A stretch of DNA of 64,000 bases from an uncultured Muribaculaceae bacterium (GCA_964571735.1 CAZNDD010000001.1:361-64360), one strand, 5' to 3'. Positions 46,641-56,403 are shown, counted from the first letter of the stretch. Numbers and translations are program-made. Notes: generated by a model from the sequence alone, not told the origin.

Positions 46641-48719
46641 TTAGAAATAACGTGCTCTGTTATCCTTTACCTTGGCATCCTGCATCATCACGGGGATAAT
46701 CATCTGTGATGAATACTGTGCTTTCTGGTTTTCGTAACCCTTGGCGTCATCCTCGGTGTAGAAGCTGCCTACATCCTTACGGAGGAGTTTGAAGACGCAG
46801 ACTGAGCTACGGCCTTCCACGACGCCAGTCTGACCCACCTCGCTGCGGAGTATACCACCGAGAAGAGCAGGCTCAACGACACCCGCGCCCATAGGTGAGA
46901 AGCTGATGTCCTTGCGGCTGGTTACGTTGCTACCATACTTCTCTGCCACTGCCTCAAGTGTAGGGTTAGAAGCAAGATACTCGGCAACCTCTGCTGTCAT
47001 CTTGGCATTGCGCTTGGCGGTGTAGAGAGTGTTCTGAATCATAGGGGCAAGCTCCTTGACGGGAGTATAGCCCTCCTTGCGAACCTCCTTAACTGCTGCA
47101 ATGAAGAAGTAATTGTTGTTGACGGTGATGATACCGGAAGCCTTGCCCTTCTTGGCATCGAAAATCCAACGGGTAAGTTCCTTGGCACCATCCACTGCAC
47201 CATATGTAGAAGTGCTCTCAAGCACTCTGTTCTGCTTGTGTGAGTAGACGGAGAGGGAATCAACGGCCTTGAGATAACCCTCATAGCTTCCACCGGTAAG
47301 GGTTGCGAACTTATTGGCCTGGTTGTAATAATTGTTGAATGTCTCCTTGCTGGGGACAACAGACTTTTCAAGAACTGCCACCTGCTTCTTAGCAACAGGA
47401 CGGGAAGTCTTAGTCACGACCACCACATGCTCGCCATAAGAAGTCTTGAGAGTGAAAGGAACACCAACCTTGGCAGTAATCACAGACTCGAAGCCGGGAA
47501 TCATATAGCTCTGGGTGAGCCAACCGATATTTCCGAGCTGACCGTCGGCAGCTGAACCCTGATCTGCAGAGAACTCTGCTGCAAGCTCAGCGAAACGGGC
47601 AGGATACCTTCTCACTACGGAAGCAATGCTATCAGCACGATGCTTGCTGTCATTACCCTGAAGGAGAATATGCTTGACATACACTGAATCAGGCACGTTT
47701 GCAGACTTGATCACACGTGCAGCGAAGAAGCTGTCGCCATCCTTGTACACGGGAGAAACGCCATTGGCGGAAGAGAATGCAAAATTGTCCACATCGGCAG
47801 AAACAGTTGCAAGCTCACCCTTCTTATACCACCACTCGGTGTAAGGACGGTCTGAATTGCGGAGCAAGAAAGCCTTGAGGTTGTCAGACTCGGCGAAATC
47901 ACCAAGCACGTCATGGATGCCCTTCTCTGCAGCAGCCACATCAGAATCAGAAGGCTTCACTTCGAAGAGTACATACTCGATATCACGGCTCGCATTCTGA
48001 CGATAGTCCTCCTTATGAGCATTGTAGTAGCTCTTAATCTCAGAAGAAGAGACCTCGATGGTAGTGTCGCGTGTATAAGGATAAGGAACATTGACAAGTT
48101 CGATATCAGCAGTGGTATTGCCCTCTGCAACTGCCTGAGCAAGAGTAAGCGGGCTCTCTATTGCACTGTATGCGAAGAGAGAAGAATACTTGGTATAGAA
48201 CTGCTGTGTGCGGATGGTCTGCTTGAGATAATCCCAATAGAGAGAAAGATTGGCATCGCTATCCGCAGCTGCATTGATCTCACGCACTCTATCGACTGAG
48301 AAAGTACCGTTTTCAGCTGCGAAAAGAGGATTCTGGGAGATAATGGGGCTAATGTGATTACCGGCGATAAGATCTGCAACTTCAGCATCGCTGACTTTGA
48401 TACCGGCTGCGTCGCAGTTCTTGAAGAACATATATCTGTCCATCATAGACTGCCATGCGGCATTGCGAATCTGCTGCTGTGCCTGCTCGTTCTGAGCGGA
48501 GGTACCAGTGGTAATCTCGTTAATTGTAGTGTACTTGTTGACTTCTGAAGCGAAATCCTCGTATGAAATAGAGGTTCCAGCAATCTCACCCACATTCTGG
48601 GGCTTGCTGAAGATGTTCATCAAGTCGTCGATAGGGGCGATAAAGTACAAGAGCGAAAGCGCAATGATGACGGAAATTGCAATTCCGAACTTCGTGCGCA
48701 ACTTTTGAAGTACTGCCAT
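46641..48719 (-). CDS. Periplasmic chaperone / peptidylprolyl isomerase (PpiD/SurA-like)
   Basis: 692 aa with an N-terminal anchor MAVLQKLRTKFGIAISVIIALSLLYFI typical of PpiD, and a parvulin-like segment (VKHILLQGNDSKHRADS...). Confidence 0.75.
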   Translation of the reverse strand: MAVLQKLRTKFGIAISVIIALSLLYFIAPIDDLMNIFSKPQNVGEIAGTSISYEDFASEVNKYTTINEITTGTSAQNEQAQQQIRNAAWQSMMDRYMFFKNCDAAGIKVSDAEVADLIAGNHISPIISQNPLFAAENGTFSVDRVREINAAADSDANLSLYWDYLKQTIRTQQFYTKYSSLFAYSAIESPLTLAQAVAEGNTTADIELVNVPYPYTRDTTIEVSSSEIKSYYNAHKEDYRQNASRDIEYVLFEVKPSDSDVAAAEKGIHDVLGDFAESDNLKAFLLRNSDRPYTEWWYKKGELATVSADVDNFAFSSANGVSPVYKDGDSFFAARVIKSANVPDSVYVKHILLQGNDSKHRADSIASVVRRYPARFAELAAEFSADQGSAADGQLGNIGWLTQSYMIPGFESVITAKVGVPFTLKTSYGEHVVVVTKTSRPVAKKQVAVLEKSVVPSKETFNNYYNQANKFATLTGGSYEGYLKAVDSLSVYSHKQNRVLESTSTYGAVDGAKELTRWIFDAKKGKASGIITVNNNYFFIAAVKEVRKEGYTPVKELAPMIQNTLYTAKRNAKMTAEVAEYLASNPTLEAVAEKYGSNVTSRKDISFSPMGAGVVEPALLGGILRSEVGQTGVVEGRSSVCVFKLLRKDVGSFYTEDDAKGYENQKAQYSSQMIIPVMMQDAKVKDNRARYF

Positions 48720-48806
48720 ATTGTGTTAAATCTTTAGTTATAATCTGTGTGTAAACCGTTGTGAGCCATTAAACAGCAAACGGGCCACGAATTTAGTAAT
48801 TTTTAC

Positions 48807-49442
48807 TCACTTGAGCAACGGGCCTATGAAGTTGACAGAATCAATCTTAAATTGAGAGTCGTCCGAAGAGTATGCATAACTATCAAAAGGCTTGAGCAAA
48901 ATCGAATTGCGTGCCCTGTCATCAGAGCGCATGCCGTAACCCTGCATCATGCCATCCTCAGAATAGAGTTTGACATACGCCTGAGTATAAATCTCAGACT
49001 TTTTCCTATCCCAATAGAGAGTATCCGTCTCCATAGTCTCGCGCTTGATAAGATTGGAGATAATCACGCCTTCAGTGGCTTCCCAAAGCTCTCCTGAGGC
49101 ATTTTTCCCTGCCGATATATGCTTCGCATAGCCTGCCGTAATAATAGTCTCCAACAAACCTTCGGGAGTATATCCATACACTTCAAGCCCGTAGGGGAAC
49201 AACTCAAAATCAAGCGTGTCGGTGTCGTATTTCAGCATAGCTTCCGCCTCCATACGCTGCTTTATCACCCCGTCTTCGGTACTTACTGCAAACATTTCGT
49301 TCACTATTTGTACCGGAGTCTGGGAGAGGTCTATACTGTCGGCTTCCTTGAGCTTGCCTTTGCCACAGGAAGACAAAGCGACAAGAGCAACCGCATAAAA
49401 TACGGTTGCTCTCAGAGCTTTTATCTTGACTCTACGATTCAA
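48807..49442 (-). CDS. lptC: LptC-like LPS export periplasmic protein
   Basis: 211 aa with lipobox ALVALSSCGKG. Size and beta-jellyroll-like sequence fit, and it sits upstream of the ppiD-like gene as in other Bacteroidales. Similarity was judged by eye only. Confidence 0.5.
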   Translation of the reverse strand: MNRRVKIKALRATVFYAVALVALSSCGKGKLKEADSIDLSQTPVQIVNEMFAVSTEDGVIKQRMEAEAMLKYDTDTLDFELFPYGLEVYGYTPEGLLETIITAGYAKHISAGKNASGELWEATEGVIISNLIKRETMETDTLYWDRKKSEIYTQAYVKLYSEDGMMQGYGMRSDDRARNSILLKPFDSYAYSSDDSQFKIDSVNFIGPLLK

Positions 49443-49444
49443 GT

Positions 49445-50788
49445 TTACTGCTGGGTCTTGACGGTAGTCTCAGCGTGGAAACCACCGCAATTCACATTGT
49501 AGACATCACCTGCCTTGACGTCGTACATGAAGGCGTCGGCTGCGGTAGGATAGTACTGACGATACTGGGCAATCAACTTATTGGCATCGGCTGCGATGTT
49601 GCTGTCAGCGGCCTTTGCTCTCTCAAGATAATCCACTGCTACCCAATAAGGAGCGCGGACTGCTATCTCATTGCCTTCGCAACGCACACCGCCCCAGATA
49701 GTAGCAAGAAGCATATAAGCCTTACCCTTGAGTTCGTTGTTACTTGTAAGGGAAACGGCCTTGCGGGCAATGCCTTCAGCTTTGGCGGCACGGGATGACT
49801 TGTAGCAGTACACCGCAAGTTCGTAGCTGTATTCAGCATCCTCCTCAACACCGGACTCTTCGCTGGCTATGGCCTCCTCGAGATATTTGATAGCCGTATC
49901 CACTTCACCGCGCTGAGAATAAAGCTGATAGAGCATCTTAGCGGTTGCGGGTGAAGGATTAGAGTTGTAGACAACAGTAGAAGCTTTGACAAAAAGGTCA
50001 TTATCAAGGCAATCCTCTGCAGAAGACATGATTCTCATCACCTTGGTGGCAAACTCCACATCATCGGGATTGGCATCGAAACGAGGGCCATAGAGGTCGA
50101 TAATCTTGTCGCACTCGGCAAGTTTGCTGGATACAAAGAGGTTCTCGAGATCATCACGGACCTTGTCGTTGCTCTCGCGCTCGGTATCGTTCTTGGGAGT
50201 AGCCTGGGCAAGCAAATCTGAGTTGCGCTCATAGACCTCGATTACTTCTTCCTCACCTATGCGTCCCACTTTGCAAAGTGAGATGGCAGCATTGAGGTTA
50301 AAAAGATAGAGGTTTGCCTTGGTGGCTGCGCCATTGGCTTCGATGATTGAATTAAGCTCATTATAAAGCCTCATATCATCATCCTTGAGATAGTTACAGA
50401 GGTCAAGACCCTTGTTGTTGCGAGCTGTGACAGCATAACGGGGATAGTTCTCAATACGCACGTCATGGATCATCATCAAAGAATCCACGAGCTGCTGCTT
50501 GTAGATAGGGTTGTTGCCGTTTTTGCTGATGAGCTTACGCACAAGGAAAGTACCGTCCACGAGCATGGTCTGGTTAGCCGTAGGAGGGCAAACCTTGAAA
50601 GCCTCACGCCAGTTACGGGTAGCATCGTCGTAGCTCTTCTGTTTGTAATACTCTTTGTAGTAAGACAGATAGCGCTTGCAATTGGTGCTGTCCGGTCCAT
50701 ACTTGCTTTGTGCAGAAAGCTGTGTTGCATTCATCGAAAATGCCAACACAGCGAGGGCTGCAATGAGGATACTGCTTTGCTTTTTCAT
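49445..50788 (-). CDS. Tetratricopeptide-repeat protein, secreted, function unknown
   Basis: Start placed at the internal ATG 50788, giving signal peptide MKKQSSILIAALAVLAFSMNATQLSAQ. Several TPR-like helical pairs (AIKYLEEAIA, KAEGIARKAVSL, YWVAVDYLERAKA). Confidence 0.7.
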   Translation of the reverse strand: MKKQSSILIAALAVLAFSMNATQLSAQSKYGPDSTNCKRYLSYYKEYYKQKSYDDATRNWREAFKVCPPTANQTMLVDGTFLVRKLISKNGNNPIYKQQLVDSLMMIHDVRIENYPRYAVTARNNKGLDLCNYLKDDDMRLYNELNSIIEANGAATKANLYLFNLNAAISLCKVGRIGEEEVIEVYERNSDLLAQATPKNDTERESNDKVRDDLENLFVSSKLAECDKIIDLYGPRFDANPDDVEFATKVMRIMSSAEDCLDNDLFVKASTVVYNSNPSPATAKMLYQLYSQRGEVDTAIKYLEEAIASEESGVEEDAEYSYELAVYCYKSSRAAKAEGIARKAVSLTSNNELKGKAYMLLATIWGGVRCEGNEIAVRAPYWVAVDYLERAKAADSNIAADANKLIAQYRQYYPTAADAFMYDVKAGDVYNVNCGGFHAETTVKTQQ

Positions 50789-50807
50789 ATTGTTATTTTT
50801 GTATTTA

Positions 50808-52136
50808 TTATTCGTAACGACGCTGCTGGAACCATATATCAAACAGATTGATACCCAAAGAGAAATTTACATAAGTTTCTTCAATGAGATTATCCTTAAG
50901 CGAACCTCTCTTACCCAACTCCATACCGAGAGTAAGACCATTGCTCCAGCGGAATACGGGAAGCGTAGCTCCCAAAGTGATACCGCGTGAATAGATGTCG
51001 TGTCCAGCTACGCTGAAATACTCTTTATTGTAATAAACTCCAGCCCTATAAGCTATGAGTTTGTGGTAGTAGCGTATGTCCGAGGGATTGGGAATGTACT
51101 CAACACCTGCCCTTATAGACTGCGCCACAGTACTTCTAAAATCTCCTCCTACGGCATCCACGGCAAATCCGCTTACATTTTCAAATCCGCTCCCGCCCCA
51201 GTCGGCACGCGTATAATCGAGCGAAGCTCTGAATTTATTGCCATAGGCAAGGCTTATACCTATCCCGGCCTCTCCGGCAAGATAAACTGGAGAAGTGGTT
51301 ACTCCAATGGTATCTATATGTGAGTCAGTGTACTCTCCACTCACCGAACTTGCTTCTATGTAACCATGCAAATTACTCTTGAGCGTATAGACGGCACCAA
51401 CGCCAATAGTGAGTTTGTCACCTATAGGCTGCTCATACTGTAACCCGAACTTCGCCGAAGCTGCACTGAGCGACATGTCAGTAGTCTTGGACAAGGCGAG
51501 TGCAGCCTTATCCTCGATGGACTGAGTATATTTCCTTTTGATGTTTCCGAAGTAGTAGATCCCCTCTACACCCACCGAAACCTTGTCGAAAAGTTCCGCT
51601 CCTACAGTACCGAATACCTGATATATGCTTCCTTGACCGGTGTAAGCGTGTGCCACATTGCCGAGAGTAGCGAGTGTGGAAGGATCGGTTTCGTAATATC
51701 CGTAACTATAGCCCGTAGAAGAATACGGCTTGATGCCTACCATAGCGGAAAGATCTGCCGCATTGGAGTAGAACAACGGGAATGAAATAACGAAATCGTT
51801 GATATTGAATATATTGTTGGCAGAGCTGCGTCCTGACTGTTTAAGTGTCTTATTATTCTCGTAAACCGAGAAATCAGACATAAACGCAAGAGTATCTCGC
51901 GCAGTAACTGCCGCAGGATTAAGCAGATTAATATAACGATGATTACGCGAAGCTATACCCGCACCTCCCATTGTCATATTGTATGCAGATCCGCCACCAA
52001 ACAACTGTCCGGCTCCAAAAACGGAATAAGGAGTGTAAGCGGAATAAGAGCCGCCTTCCTCCGCATGCAACGGAGTCAGAGCCAAAAGTGCAATGGTTGC
52101 AATAATCAGTCTGTGTGCTTTAATTGTCATAATCAA
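50808..52136 (-). CDS. Outer-membrane beta-barrel protein, function unknown
   Basis: 442 aa with signal peptide ...IIATIALLALTPLHAEE and N-terminal YTPYSVFGAGQLFGGGSAYNMTMGGAGIA, then about 16+ alternating amphipathic strands. Confidence 0.7.
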   Translation of the reverse strand: MIMTIKAHRLIIATIALLALTPLHAEEGGSYSAYTPYSVFGAGQLFGGGSAYNMTMGGAGIASRNHRYINLLNPAAVTARDTLAFMSDFSVYENNKTLKQSGRSSANNIFNINDFVISFPLFYSNAADLSAMVGIKPYSSTGYSYGYYETDPSTLATLGNVAHAYTGQGSIYQVFGTVGAELFDKVSVGVEGIYYFGNIKRKYTQSIEDKAALALSKTTDMSLSAASAKFGLQYEQPIGDKLTIGVGAVYTLKSNLHGYIEASSVSGEYTDSHIDTIGVTTSPVYLAGEAGIGISLAYGNKFRASLDYTRADWGGSGFENVSGFAVDAVGGDFRSTVAQSIRAGVEYIPNPSDIRYYHKLIAYRAGVYYNKEYFSVAGHDIYSRGITLGATLPVFRWSNGLTLGMELGKRGSLKDNLIEETYVNFSLGINLFDIWFQQRRYE

Positions 52137-52842
52137 GGGAAATTTCTGACAGTCCCATCAAAACCATATTAGGCACCACGAAAACCGATTTCGCGGTTTG
52201 AGCCGCAAAATACTCCGCATCACCGCCCGTGAAGACTGCAATGCTGCCAGGAGCTGACGCCATATACCCGTCTATTTCAAACATTATGCCCCCTATAACA
52301 CCCGCTTCTATGCTCGCGGCAAGGGAACGGCCGGGAGAGTAAGGCTTCTCTTTTGGAGTATTAACCAGAGGCAATGCCCTCGCATAGCGGTTGAGAGCCT
52401 TGAAGCGCGTCCGACATCCGAGTGAGATATTACCCCCAAGATAAGAGCCGTCTGCATCTATGAAATCAGCCGACAAAGTCGTACCTATGTCAAACAATAT
52501 GAACTTCTTGTCTTTAAAGAGTTTGCGTGCTGCTATAATGGAGGCAGCCCTGTCGGGAGACAGATACTCCGGAAGCGAATATGCCCTCAAAATTGAAGTA
52601 TGAGCCGAATCCAAAAGCACTAGCCTATCGCACCTGCTTTCTATCTCTCTTATATCTTCTTCAGGCAAATCACGCACAGAAGACAGCACTATCACTTTGG
52701 GATGCTGCTCCCCTATTAGGGTCTTGAGCAGAAAACCGTGAAGTTTCTCACCCTGGTAACGAATCGTCTTGCCGAGGGTACTACCTTCGGACCATGCCGC
52801 CTTAAGTGCGGTATTGCCTATTTCGACAAGAAGATTGGACAT
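52120..52842 (-). CDS. coaX: Type III pantothenate kinase
   Basis: 240 aa with LLVEIGNTALKAA (phosphate-1 motif) and DIGTTLSADF. Confidence 0.9.
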   Translation of the reverse strand: MSNLLVEIGNTALKAAWSEGSTLGKTIRYQGEKLHGFLLKTLIGEQHPKVIVLSSVRDLPEEDIREIESRCDRLVLLDSAHTSILRAYSLPEYLSPDRAASIIAARKLFKDKKFILFDIGTTLSADFIDADGSYLGGNISLGCRTRFKALNRYARALPLVNTPKEKPYSPGRSLAASIEAGVIGGIMFEIDGYMASAPGSIAVFTGGDAEYFAAQTAKSVFVVPNMVLMGLSEISLDYDN

Positions 52843-52858
52843 TACTTTATGCGAGCCG

Positions 52859-52866
52859 CAAATTTA
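52859..52866 (-). promoter_or_regulatory. Candidate -7 promoter box (TAAATTTG) for the coaX operon
   Basis: The reverse strand matches TAnnTTTG, 17 nt upstream of ATG 52842. Confidence 0.35.
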
Positions 52867-52969
52867 ATAAATACTATGCTTTTTTAAAAATTTAATGATT
52901 CGAGCAGAAAACATGCTTAAGAAGCTGCCTTGATTTATGAAAATTCATATTCGATGCAGAGTCAGATAG

Positions 52970-55900
52970 CTACTGCAGTTTTTTAAGAAGTTCCAACGAA
53001 TCACCTATGGATTTTATGCCGCGTGCCACTATCCTCGGTTTACCGTTGTCTTCTTTGTATGTGAGAGAAGGTACGGACCCCACCTTTGAGATGACATTAT
53101 AGAAAATGTCGCTCTTGTAGTATGGAGATAGAGGATTGGACGGGAAGAAGCATACGAAAAGATCTTTGATGATGATTTTCTCAAATCCGAGTCTCGCCCC
53201 AAGATTTCTTACCTTTACTACATTGAAGAGATTTTCAAGTTCTTCCGGACACTCTCCGAAACGGTCCGTGAGTTGATGGTGCATATTGTCTATCTCTGCA
53301 TCGGAAGTCATGGCATCGAGTTGCTTATAGATACGGATTTTTTCCGCCGTGATATCTATGTAGCTGTCAGGGATATATGCAGGTCTATCAGTCTCTATAC
53401 TGCATTCGCTTACAGCAAGGGCTCGAGAAGAGCCGCTGATGCTCTCGCCGGTCTCTATGCCAAGTTCCTCCATAGCTTCGGTAAGTATCTTCTGATAAGT
53501 CTCGTAACCCATGTCGCTGATAAATCCGCTCTGCTCCGCTCCGAGCATATTGCCGGCACCGCGTATGTCGAGGTCCTGCATGGCTATATTGAATCCGCTT
53601 CCGAGATCGGAGAATTCCTCGATGGCCTTGAGTCTCTTTCTCGCTTCGTCTGTAAGAGTCACGAGCGGAGGTACTATCAGATAGCAGAAAGCCTTGCGAT
53701 TGGAGCGTCCCACACGTCCCCTGAGCTGATGCAGGTCGCTCAGACCAATGTTCTGCGCCATATTGACGATTATGGTATTGGCATTTGAAATATCCAATCC
53801 ATTCTCGATGATGGTAGTACAAAGCAGAAGATCGTAGTCTCCCCTGACGAAATCCAGCATCTTGTCTTCAGTCTCCTTCGCAGACATCTGACCATGCACC
53901 GTACATATTTTCATGTCAGGCACCAGCCTCTGCAGTATGCCCTCAATACCAGGAAGTTGCTCTACATTGTTGTGTACGAAAAACACCTGTCCGCCGCGGT
54001 TGAGTTCATACTCTATGATGGACTTGATTTCTTTCTCCTCAAAGAGTATTATTTCAGTCTGAATGGGAATGCGATTGGCAGGAGGAGTTGCTATGATACT
54101 CAAATCCCTCGCACCGAGAAGCGAAAACTGCAAGGTACGGGGTATTGGAGTCGCTGACAGCGTAAGAGTATCCACGCCTTCTCTCAGTTTACGCAACTTC
54201 TCCTTGGCTGCGACTCCGAACTTCTGCTCCTCATCTATTATGAGAAGTCCGAAGTCTTTGAATTCAAACGCCTCGGAAAGTATCTTGTGAGTGCCTATCA
54301 GAATATCGATTTTGCCTGCCTTGAGTCTCTGCTTGATATCGTTTAACTCTTTGGTGGTACGCAGTCTGCTCACATAATCCACGCTTACGGGGAAATCCTT
54401 GAGACGGGAAGCGAAGGTGTTGTAATGCTGGAGAGCAAGTATTGTAGTAGGTACGAGCACTGCGACCTGTTTTCCGTCAGTTGCAGCCTTGAAAGCAGCA
54501 CGCACAGCGATTTCAGTCTTGCCGAAACCTACATCTCCACAGATCAGACGATCCATGGGGCATCCGGCCTCCATGTCTGACTTGACAGCGCGGGTCGCTT
54601 CCTCCTGATCGGGAGTGTCGTCATACATGAATGAAGATTCAAGTTCGCTCTGTAGATATGAATCAGCCGAGAATGCAAAACCTTTGGAAGCTTTGCGCTT
54701 GGCATAAAGACGGATAAGATCCTTGGCTATGTCCTTAACCCTCTTCTTGGCGCTGCTCTTGAGAGCAGACCACATCTTGGAGCCGAGTTTGTTGATGCGC
54801 GGGGCTTCCCCGTCCTTAGGTCTGAAACGGGATATCTTGTTGAGTGCATGCACGGAGACAAACACAACGTCCCCGTCCTTATAGGTGAGTTTGACGGCCT
54901 CCTTCATCTGACCCTTGTCATCGCGAAGCCTTACCAAACCTCCGAATATACCCACGCCGTGGTCTATATGCACTATGTAGTCACCAACATTGAAGGATGC
55001 GAGATCATTGAGCGTAAGTTGCTCAGTCTTCTCAACGCTACGCCTGATCCTGACCCTATGGAAGCGGTCAAATATCTCATGGTCAGTGTAATGACAGACT
55101 TTGTCCTGCTCGTCTATGAAGCCGTTGTGTATATTCTTGCCGGGCAGAAATTCAGGAAGAGGGCAGCTTTCTTCTATGAGAATGTGTTCAAGCCTGTCGG
55201 TCTGAGTCTTTTTTTCTCCGTATATGAGCACTTTATAGCCATGCTCTATCCTGCTTCTGACATCGGAAGTGAAAAACTCGAAATTCTTCCCGAAAACCGG
55301 CTGAGGCGAAAGTTCAAACTGCACTACATCCTCAACATCATTGTCAAGAGGCAATTCAAGCCATACTTTACGGAAGCCTCCAGTCAAAGAGAAAAACTCC
55401 TTGTCCTTATACATATCAGAGGAGTCGAGCCAGAGAAGCGTATCTGAAGGAAAAAGCTCAAATACGCTCCGCATAGGTACTGACTCTTCGGATTCGCACA
55501 GCACTGAAGATATTACCTGTACAGAATCCACTTCAGAAGTGGACAACTGGGTATTGCAGTTGAATATATGTATATGCTCTATCTCATCTCCCCAGAAAGA
55601 TATGCGGTAAGCCTCATTGTCGGCATACGAGAATAAATCTATTATACTGCCTCTGACAGCAAATTGTCCCGGGGACGAAACGAAGTCTACCCTCTCAAAG
55701 CCAAGCTCTGCAAGCCTGTTTATAAGCGAATCATAGGAGAACTCTTCGCCTTTGTTCAGAGTGAATCTGGACTGTTCCACCACTTCCCCACTCGGTACGA
55801 GTTCCTCGAGCGCCTCCGGATAAGTGACAATGACTGTCAACTCCCCTGCCTTATGGGAAAGAATCTTGTCCACTGCGGAAGTGCGCTGTACGTCAAGGGA

Positions 55901-56167
55901 AGACTTATAGTTGCTTCTCTCTACGCCTGTACCCAAGGCAGGAAGGTAGAATACCCTATCCCCCTCTATGAGATTGTAAAGGTCGGAAGCACAATATTGG
56001 GCAGCTTCTTCATTTGGAAGAATCACTATATGAAGCCCTTCCTTGGCGCAATCCGCAAGCACGAACCACCTCGCGGACAAGAAGAGAGAGCGGCAATATA
56101 TGTCTTGCCTGCCCTTTTCGGATATAAGCTTTTTTAAAGCCTCTACAGATGTTGAATTCACCCTCAT
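52970..56167 (-). CDS. mfd: Transcription-repair coupling factor
   Basis: 1065 aa with CGDVGFGKTE (Walker A), IIDEEQKFGV (DEEQ box) and a UvrB-homology N-terminal region. Confidence 0.96.
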   Translation of the reverse strand: MRVNSTSVEALKKLISEKGRQDIYCRSLFLSARWFVLADCAKEGLHIVILPNEEAAQYCASDLYNLIEGDRVFYLPALGTGVERSNYKSSLDVQRTSAVDKILSHKAGELTVIVTYPEALEELVPSGEVVEQSRFTLNKGEEFSYDSLINRLAELGFERVDFVSSPGQFAVRGSIIDLFSYADNEAYRISFWGDEIEHIHIFNCNTQLSTSEVDSVQVISSVLCESEESVPMRSVFELFPSDTLLWLDSSDMYKDKEFFSLTGGFRKVWLELPLDNDVEDVVQFELSPQPVFGKNFEFFTSDVRSRIEHGYKVLIYGEKKTQTDRLEHILIEESCPLPEFLPGKNIHNGFIDEQDKVCHYTDHEIFDRFHRVRIRRSVEKTEQLTLNDLASFNVGDYIVHIDHGVGIFGGLVRLRDDKGQMKEAVKLTYKDGDVVFVSVHALNKISRFRPKDGEAPRINKLGSKMWSALKSSAKKRVKDIAKDLIRLYAKRKASKGFAFSADSYLQSELESSFMYDDTPDQEEATRAVKSDMEAGCPMDRLICGDVGFGKTEIAVRAAFKAATDGKQVAVLVPTTILALQHYNTFASRLKDFPVSVDYVSRLRTTKELNDIKQRLKAGKIDILIGTHKILSEAFEFKDFGLLIIDEEQKFGVAAKEKLRKLREGVDTLTLSATPIPRTLQFSLLGARDLSIIATPPANRIPIQTEIILFEEKEIKSIIEYELNRGGQVFFVHNNVEQLPGIEGILQRLVPDMKICTVHGQMSAKETEDKMLDFVRGDYDLLLCTTIIENGLDISNANTIIVNMAQNIGLSDLHQLRGRVGRSNRKAFCYLIVPPLVTLTDEARKRLKAIEEFSDLGSGFNIAMQDLDIRGAGNMLGAEQSGFISDMGYETYQKILTEAMEELGIETGESISGSSRALAVSECSIETDRPAYIPDSYIDITAEKIRIYKQLDAMTSDAEIDNMHHQLTDRFGECPEELENLFNVVKVRNLGARLGFEKIIIKDLFVCFFPSNPLSPYYKSDIFYNVISKVGSVPSLTYKEDNGKPRIVARGIKSIGDSLELLKKLQ

Positions 56168-56171
56168 TTTC

Positions 56172-56332
56172 TGTGGAAAACCCTGTGGAAAACCCTGTTA
56201 ATAACTCGTGGAAAAGATCAAACTCGAAGTTATCCACAATCTTTACCAAAGTTATCCACAGTTAATCAAAAACTCATTGCATTTATACATCATTAATACT
56301 GAAAGAGATATGGAGTTATCCACATTTCCACA
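56172..56332. promoter_or_regulatory. Cluster of seven DnaA-box motifs (three perfect TTATCCACA); candidate oriC core or DnaA-regulated divergent promoter region
   Basis: Perfect TTATCCACA at 56230-56238, 56252-56260 and 56316-56324. ATTTCCACA at 56324-56332. Opposite orientation: TGTGGAAAA at 56172-56180 and 56184-56192, CGTGGAAAA at 56207-56215. Confidence 0.7.
56247..56254 (-). promoter_or_regulatory. Candidate -7 promoter box (TAACTTTG) for mfd, overlapping a DnaA box
   Basis: The reverse strand matches TAnnTTTG, about 80 nt upstream of ATG 56167. Confidence 0.3.
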
Positions 56333-56334
56333 GC

Positions 56335-56390
56335 TTAAACATAAACACCAAAATATAAAGAAATAAGATTATATTTGTAGACTTTTAGCA
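56335..56390. other. AT-rich tract (45 of 56 nt A/T) adjacent to the DnaA boxes; possible DNA unwinding element
   Basis: Counted directly: ttaaacataaacaccaaaatataaagaaataagattatatttgtagacttttagca. Confidence 0.4.
56370..56377 (+). promoter_or_regulatory. Candidate -7 promoter box (TATATTTG) for ruvB
   Basis: Matches TAnnTTTG, 26 nt upstream of ATG 56404. Confidence 0.4.
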
Positions 56391-56403
56391 AACCGCCCGT
56401 ATT

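Noticed and set aside
56172-56195. 12-nt tandem duplication TGTGGAAAACCC x2, first noticed as a simple tandem repeat.
   Set aside because: I reinterpreted it as two near-consensus DnaA boxes in reverse orientation. It is reported under the DnaA-box cluster rather than as a separate repeat.
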